Origin: a virus
Lineage: Duplodnaviria > Heunggongvirae > Uroviricota > Caudoviricetes
Virus record (IMG/VR): IMGVR_UViG_3300031902_000927
DNA length: 11,045 bases
Direction: 5' to 3' (one strand)
Part shown: positions 6,263 to 11,045 of the stretch, in pieces
Layout: the number at the start of each line of letters is the position of its first letter
How positions within the stretch are numbered: the stretch's first letter is position 1
Translations under genes and position numbers: made by a program
Notes under the pieces: model-generated
What the model was told of the DNA's origin: nothing
Databases searched by the model: none
The model's input: only the letters and a program-made list of their open reading frames with translations

Positions 6263-7620
6263 TGTATGACATCAATAAACAATATTATGAAGAATATTTG
6301 AGCTTTAATTTATTTTTAGAATTTAGAATAGTGGATAAGACTAAATTTTTTAAAGATAAAAAAGGAGTAGATACAAAAAGAAATATTATGTTTTCTAAAT
6401 ATGCGCAAAATATAAATGATGTACAAGAAATATTAGATGTTTATAGTGGAGACCAATATATTATTTATGTTTCATCAAACACAAGACCAATTAAAGTTAA
6501 AACAGATTCTTCTGTAGTTTATAGAAGAACATTTTTCTTTGATATTGAAGGAAGTGGAGTAAAACCACCATTAACTAACGAAGAATATTATCAAAAGTTA
6601 TTGAATACTGCAATGTATGTTTGGAAAAAACTTCAAGATATAGGAATAGAACCAAATGTATTAAAAGAATCTGGAAGAGGATTGCACGTTGGAATAAAGA
6701 TAATTCCAATGAGTATAAAAAAGTACGATACATTATTTAAAATTTGGTGGAAACAATTTGTAACAGAGATTGAAGAGAAAAGACCTTATACAGATATTAA
6801 ATTTAGTGATAATATGTCAAATCCATCAAGAATTGAATCTGCTCCTGGAAGTCGTCATAATAAATATGAAGAAAAACCTGAAAGGAAAGTTTTAGTTTTA
6901 AAAGTACACGAAAATAATATGTTACCAATATTGAGTAAAATTGCTGTTTATCAGAAAAGAGAATCTAAATTATCTAACAAAACACTTAAATCAAAATATG
7001 TTTATGATGACGATAATATTTATATGGAATGTCCAGAATGGTTATTATTAGAAAATTATAGAAATTTACCAGAAGGAGAAATTCATAATAAAATTATTGC
7101 AATGTTAAAATGTATTGTTAGAGATAATGAGTTGGATGCCCTAAAAATGCAAACTAAGTTACAAGAAATAGGATATAACGAAGTTATTGATGTACCACAT
7201 AAAGATATGAAATATAGTCCTTTTGTTTTATTTAATTGGTGTATGAGAAACTATATTTTTTGTTGTGATAATGATGTTGTTGTAGATTTTCCAAATGCAG
7301 AAAATTATTTTAATAGTTCTTTGAAAAATATTATATCAATTACTAGATTACAATACAATACAATTTTGAATATAGAAGATAGACCAATAAATAGTTATCG
7401 TGAAATGAAGGAATTTATTAAAGAGTTTAATACAAAAACTGCGGCTTGGTATGGTGATAGATTAGCAATTTATGAGCAAGAATTAAAATTAAGACTTGAG
7501 AAGAATTGTAATAAAAAATTATATGATTATATTATAAACAAATGTCAATTATGGGATTTCATAAAAAGTGAAATAATATTGAAACAATACATCGAGGATA
7601 ATGGAATTAGGAGATTGTGA
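6259..7620 (+). CDS. Archaeo-eukaryotic primase (AEP) superfamily primase/primase-polymerase with Cys-containing C-terminal region (453 aa)
   Basis: Motif I FFFDIE (D95-x-E97), motif II SGRGLH (138-143), motif III D184...R191..PGS.H.K. C-terminal CPEW...EGEIHN resembles a PriCT/PriL-type helical domain. ATGA overlap with mcm; GGTGA RBS 6 nt upstream. Confidence 0.85.
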   Translation: MMYDINKQYYEEYLSFNLFLEFRIVDKTKFFKDKKGVDTKRNIMFSKYAQNINDVQEILDVYSGDQYIIYVSSNTRPIKVKTDSSVVYRRTFFFDIEGSGVKPPLTNEEYYQKLLNTAMYVWKKLQDIGIEPNVLKESGRGLHVGIKIIPMSIKKYDTLFKIWWKQFVTEIEEKRPYTDIKFSDNMSNPSRIESAPGSRHNKYEEKPERKVLVLKVHENNMLPILSKIAVYQKRESKLSNKTLKSKYVYDDDNIYMECPEWLLLENYRNLPEGEIHNKIIAMLKCIVRDNELDALKMQTKLQEIGYNEVIDVPHKDMKYSPFVLFNWCMRNYIFCCDNDVVVDFPNAENYFNSSLKNIISITRLQYNTILNIEDRPINSYREMKEFIKEFNTKTAAWYGDRLAIYEQELKLRLEKNCNKKLYDYIINKCQLWDFIKSEIILKQYIEDNGIRRL

Positions 7621-7626
7621 AATAAA

Positions 7627-7872
7627 ATGGTAGACGTAAAAGAAGAAAAACAAACATTTGAAGGAGTCGTAATACACATTAGAGTAGGAGATACAATCAC
7701 AAGTAAAAATGGAATTTTAACAGAGACATTAATGTTGAAGAGAAAAATTTTATATAAAAGAATGAAATATTTAGGAAATGGTGCTTGGGAAGGATTAGAT
7801 GATGGAGTAGAAATAAAAACATCAAAAGTTTTGAATGTCGAATCTAAAGTTGTTGGTGAACAAAAATGTTAA
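7627..7872 (+). CDS. Hypothetical small beta-rich protein (81 aa)
   Basis: AGGAG upstream; operonic spacing (6 nt after primase stop); A-rich codon usage like neighbours; no family recognised. Confidence 0.7.
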   Translation: MVDVKEEKQTFEGVVIHIRVGDTITSKNGILTETLMLKRKILYKRMKYLGNGAWEGLDDGVEIKTSKVLNVESKVVGEQKC

Positions 7873-8018
7873 ACTATAATAATTTAAATAAAGATGAACT
7901 TCAATTAAAAGCAGATTTTCAAAAATTAGCTGATAAATTTTTTGATAAACACAAATATTTTCCTCCAATTCAATCTGTTGGTTATAATATCAAAATGGAG
8001 CACGTGGAAGGTAAATAA
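7866..8018 (+). CDS. Hypothetical 50-aa protein (not in ORF track): MLNYNNLNKDELQLKADFQKLADKFFDKHKYFPPIQSVGYNIKMEHVEGK
   Basis: GGTGA RBS (7855-7859) 6 nt upstream of ATG 7866; overlaps the previous stop by 7 nt; its stop is 1 nt before ATG 8020, filling the operon gap exactly. Confidence 0.7.
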   Translation: MLNYNNLNKDELQLKADFQKLADKFFDKHKYFPPIQSVGYNIKMEHVEGK

Positions 8019-8019
8019 A

Positions 8020-8409
8020 ATGGTTGAAATTAAAAGAGAACAAAAATTTATATGTTTGATTATACCAATGAAAGATGTAGATGGATTTTTCAATAAACAT
8101 CCAAATAATAATAAAAAATTAGATGATGTATCATATGATTATGAAAAATATAGAGAATATTTAGGCAAAAGAACTACAAATAATTACATAATTGTCAATG
8201 AAGATGAACCTTATGCTAAAGATGTTTGGAATGTTATTTTAGAAGGAGAGAGAAAGAAACAAAAGTTGATGACTTTTACTTTTGAAATAGTTGGACCAAA
8301 GATTTTGAATGAAACAACAAAAGATGCTTTGAGAAAACATTTTCTTGAAGAGGAAATAAGAATTAATACATTTCACCCAGACATAAGAGTTCACTTGAAA
8401 GAGGATTAA
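8020..8409 (+). CDS. Hypothetical protein (129 aa; start corrected from track 7942 to ATG 8020)
   Basis: ATG 8020 preceded by GGAAGGT and abutting the 50-aa ORF stop. The track's extra 26 residues overlap that ORF in another frame. The YIIVNEDEPYAKDVW segment is reminiscent of small viral hypotheticals but not assignable. Confidence 0.7.
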   Translation: MVEIKREQKFICLIIPMKDVDGFFNKHPNNNKKLDDVSYDYEKYREYLGKRTTNNYIIVNEDEPYAKDVWNVILEGERKKQKLMTFTFEIVGPKILNETTKDALRKHFLEEEIRINTFHPDIRVHLKED

Positions 8410-8411
8410 AA

Positions 8412-8693
8412 ATGGAAGACACACAATTAACACTTGACGGAAAAGAAGCTGATAAATCATTACTACTTAAAGAAAGAGCACCATATGTTTGCGAAGAATG
8501 TGGTGGAACAGGCAGAGTTGAATGTAATGTTTGTGATGGAACTGGAGAAAATGTAGTAACTTGTAATTACGGATATGAACATACAGAAGATTGTGATAAT
8601 TGTTTCGGAAATGGTGAAGTTGATTGTATAAGTTGCGATGGACAATCAATATCAGATGATGAAGTATTAGAAGAAGACGTAGAAGAAGATTAA
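8412..8693 (+). CDS. DnaJ-type CxxCxGxG zinc-finger protein without J domain (93 aa)
   Basis: CEECGGTG, CNVCDGTG, CDNCFGNG, CISCDGQS plus a central CNYGYEH; acidic tail; GAGG RBS 7 nt upstream. Confidence 0.8.
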   Translation: MEDTQLTLDGKEADKSLLLKERAPYVCEECGGTGRVECNVCDGTGENVVTCNYGYEHTEDCDNCFGNGEVDCISCDGQSISDDEVLEEDVEED

Positions 8694-8775
8694 GAACAAA
8701 ACAAAAATTATATAAAGAACAAGTGTTTCCGAAAAGATACATTTAAAATTAGTCCGAATGGACAAGGAGGAAAAA

Positions 8776-9570
8776 ATGACTGACGACAAGAGAGTAGAAC
8801 CAAATGTGAATGTTGCCCTTAAAGATTTCTTGGGTAATAGCAACAAAGTAGCACAACAAGTGCCAACAAACATACAACATCCTAGACAGGTTGCAGCAGC
8901 ACCTACAGATGATGGTATGGAAGATGCTTCTGATGATGACTATTTAGAAGATTTACCAACGATGGATAAAGATTTTAAGCCAATTGTTTCTGATGAAAGT
9001 TTACAAGAGAAAAAAGATAAATTTGGAATTAAACCAAAGTTAGGGGAAGTAGATGGAAAAATATTAACAATTCTAAGTGCAGAATTTGGTATGCCAAAAA
9101 GAAAGGAATTAATTAATGGAACATTACAAGTCGTTGCTCCAAAACAAACTACTTCTAAAAAAGGAGAATTTTACGAAACTAAATTGAGAGTAAGATTTGT
9201 AGAAAATAATTATCTTGAGCTTGTTCCATCTGCAAAATATTGGGTTAATGATGGAATTATAAATCCAAAAGTATCTATAGATATGAATGGTAATTCTAAA
9301 GTAACACAGTTATTCAGAATGGTTATTGTTAAGTTAGCCAAAGCAGAAGGTAAAACTTTCGAATTGATTCAAACAACTATCAATGAAAAGATTGCAATAG
9401 TACCACACCCAAATTGTTATGATGATTTTAAGGCTTTTGAATCTAAAATATCTGACAAAAAGATTTTGGATTATTTGGTAGGTAAGCGAGTATTAATGAA
9501 AGATAGTACAGGAACTTACAACGGAAGACCTTGGAATCGCGCTGACATAGTAGCAATACTTGATGACTAA
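8776..9570 (+). CDS. Putative phage-type OB-fold single-stranded DNA-binding protein (264 aa; start ATG 8776 rather than 8758)
   Basis: GGAGG at 8766-8770 fits ATG 8776. C-terminal LVGKRVLMKDSTGTYNGRPWNRADIV resembles the L.GK..V....Y.G..(W/Y)N.V ending of DUF669-like viral SSBs. Disordered acidic N-terminal region; replication-gene context. Confidence 0.5.
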   Translation: MTDDKRVEPNVNVALKDFLGNSNKVAQQVPTNIQHPRQVAAAPTDDGMEDASDDDYLEDLPTMDKDFKPIVSDESLQEKKDKFGIKPKLGEVDGKILTILSAEFGMPKRKELINGTLQVVAPKQTTSKKGEFYETKLRVRFVENNYLELVPSAKYWVNDGIINPKVSIDMNGNSKVTQLFRMVIVKLAKAEGKTFELIQTTINEKIAIVPHPNCYDDFKAFESKISDKKILDYLVGKRVLMKDSTGTYNGRPWNRADIVAILDD

Positions 9571-9573
9571 ATA

Positions 9574-9600
9574 TTTTTATTTCTTTTTTATTTTTAATTT
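9574..9600 (+). terminator. Oligo-T tract, possible archaeal-type terminator
   Basis: TTTTTATTTCTTTTTTATTTTTAATTT directly after the SSB-like stop codon. Confidence 0.45.
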
Positions 9601-9615
9601 ATTAGTGGGGTAATT

Positions 9616-11045
9616 ATGAAATTTAATCTTAGTCCTAGTTCCATTGCAACATATTTAGAATCTCCTTTATTATTCTATTTTCAATATGTTATAAAAGCTC
9701 CAGAAGATACTTCTGTAGTACAATGTTATGGTATTTCTGGTTCTGTTACCCACTCTGCTTTAGAGTTTTATGTAGAAAATCGTGATTTAGAAAAGACTAA
9801 AGAATTTTTCTTATCTGAATGGGAAAAGAATAAATTAAATGAATTAAAAGGTATGAATGGTAAACCATTATCAATACAACAATATTATGATTGTATGATG
9901 TGGGGTATAAAATTAATTGATTCTAAATTTGAAGTTAAAAATTCTGAATTAAAAATTGAATTTCCATTTAGAGGAGAAATAGGAATAAAAGGAATAGTTG
10001 ATTTGGTGCAAGTCGTAGATGGTGTAAAAGAAATTTGTGATTGGAAAACTTCTTCAACGATTGACAATGATTCTACAAAATTTAGAACACAAGTTCTTAT
10101 GTATAGCTATTTATATTATAAAAAAACTGGAGAAATAATTAATAATGCAAGAATAGTATATCTTAAATTAAAGAAAGATAAAATATATTCTTTTACAGAT
10201 AGTGAAGTTATTAATTTTGAAAAAATTTTAAATGATGTTTTAGATGAAATAGAGTTAAAAGGATTAGATATTTCAAAATATGATTTAGGATATGGTTGGG
10301 AAAATAATATTTTTAATGCTCATAAAAAGAAGTTTAGACAAGAAGCACAGAGAAGAGAAAACATTCAACCTGGAAAAATAATAGCTATACGAAAAGATAA
10401 CAGATTATATTTTCAAAATATTCCAGATGAATTATTTAATTTCTTTCAAACATATTTTAGATACCATCCACTAAATTATTTTAGAGTTCCAGAGTACATA
10501 AGTGGAGAGTGGGACGGATATAAAAGATTCTTCAAATATGATAGTTTTCCTTATGCTTTCTTGTATAAAATGAATGAATTAGTTGAGGCTTATAATAAAG
10601 AGCTTGGTACTAATTATTTTATTGAAATTATTGATGAAAGAAATATGAATGTTGTAAATAAGATTTTTTCTACAAAATTTAAGGAAACAGATATTAAGTT
10701 AAGACCATATCAAAATGATGCAAATAAAGTTATGGAAGAAAAAAAATTAGGAATTGTTTTTGCAGGAACTTCGGCAGGTAAAAGTATTCTTTCAGCAGAG
10801 TTTATTAAAAAACAAAATCGTAGGACATTGTTTGTAGTTAATCGTTTAGAGCTTTCAACACAAACAAAAGAAGTTTTTGAAGATTATCTTGGTGTAGAAA
10901 TAGGTGAGATAGCAGAAGGTCAAATGGATATAACTAAGCAGATTACAGTATCTTGCATACAAACGATATATGCAATATTAAAAAGAAATGATGAAAGTTC
11001 AAAAATTTTAAAAAAATATTTATATAATGTTTCTTGTGTAATATT
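9616..11045 (+). CDS. Fusion of PD-(D/E)XK (Cas4/RecB-like) nuclease and UvsW/XPB-like SF2 helicase (partial, 476 aa in window, continues past right edge; not in ORF track)
   Basis: Hand translation from ATG 9616 has no stop to the edge. Nuclease: LSPSSIATYLESP, GSVTHSALE, E111, KGIVD129, ICD142WK144T, Q159...Y163. Helicase: GEWDGYKRFF (UvsW-like WDG), LRPYQ, motif I AGTSAGKS (383-390), Ia LFVVNRLELSTQ, Ib ITVSCIQT. GGGGT upstream. Confidence 0.85.
   Translation, partial: MKFNLSPSSIATYLESPLLFYFQYVIKAPEDTSVVQCYGISGSVTHSALEFYVENRDLEKTKEFFLSEWEKNKLNELKGMNGKPLSIQQYYDCMMWGIKLIDSKFEVKNSELKIEFPFRGEIGIKGIVDLVQVVDGVKEICDWKTSSTIDNDSTKFRTQVLMYSYLYYKKTGEIINNARIVYLKLKKDKIYSFTDSEVINFEKILNDVLDEIELKGLDISKYDLGYGWENNIFNAHKKKFRQEAQRRENIQPGKIIAIRKDNRLYFQNIPDELFNFFQTYFRYHPLNYFRVPEYISGEWDGYKRFFKYDSFPYAFLYKMNELVEAYNKELGTNYFIEIIDERNMNVVNKIFSTKFKETDIKLRPYQNDANKVMEEKKLGIVFAGTSAGKSILSAEFIKKQNRRTLFVVNRLELSTQTKEVFEDYLGVEIGEIAEGQMDITKQITVSCIQTIYAILKRNDESSKILKKYLYNVSCVI

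Noticed and set aside
7942-8019. 26-residue N-terminal extension of the 155-aa track ORF
   Set aside because: TTG start without RBS, overlapping the better-supported 50-aa ORF; ATG 8020 has an RBS-like site and operonic spacing.
8758-8775. Upstream ATG for the SSB-like gene
   Set aside because: The GGAGG lies inside this extension and fits ATG 8776.
8239-8873. Four minus-strand ORFs (8239-8460, 8463-8645, 8467-8742, 8667-8873)
   Set aside because: Antisense to coupled + strand genes with RBSs; their F/L/I/S-rich composition is what the reverse complement of A-rich coding DNA gives.
9885-10067. 60-aa minus-strand ORF
   Set aside because: Antisense to the nuclease catalytic core.

Overview
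This is a very AT-rich window that looks like the replication region of an archaeal virus or other extrachromosomal element. The evidence is an MCM-type helicase, an AEP primase, GGTGA/GGAGG ribosome-binding sites, TTTATATAA boxes and a sequon-rich secreted protein. Two tightly coupled operons diverge from a ~970 bp non-coding region (2337-3314). That region holds 11 copies of TGAGAT/ATCTCA in two palindromic clusters around a 95-bp tract of ~6% GC (candidate origin), plus a separate set of RNA-like hairpins. The rightward operon encodes a 142-aa protein that is a gapless ~47%-identical paralog of the N-terminal domain of the next gene. It continues with that gene (a divergent MCM helicase with a ~70-aa insertion in its AAA+ domain), an AEP primase, small hypotheticals, a DnaJ-type zinc finger, a putative SSB and a PD-(D/E)XK nuclease fused to a UvsW/XPB-like SF2 helicase (runs off the right edge). 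The leftward operon encodes a degenerate RecA/RadA-fold protein, a 2-TM protein, a small zinc finger and a large signal-peptide Ig-like glycoprotein (runs off the left edge). The ORF track missed both edge genes and a 50-aa ORF. All family calls come from motif recognition by eye, not from database searches.
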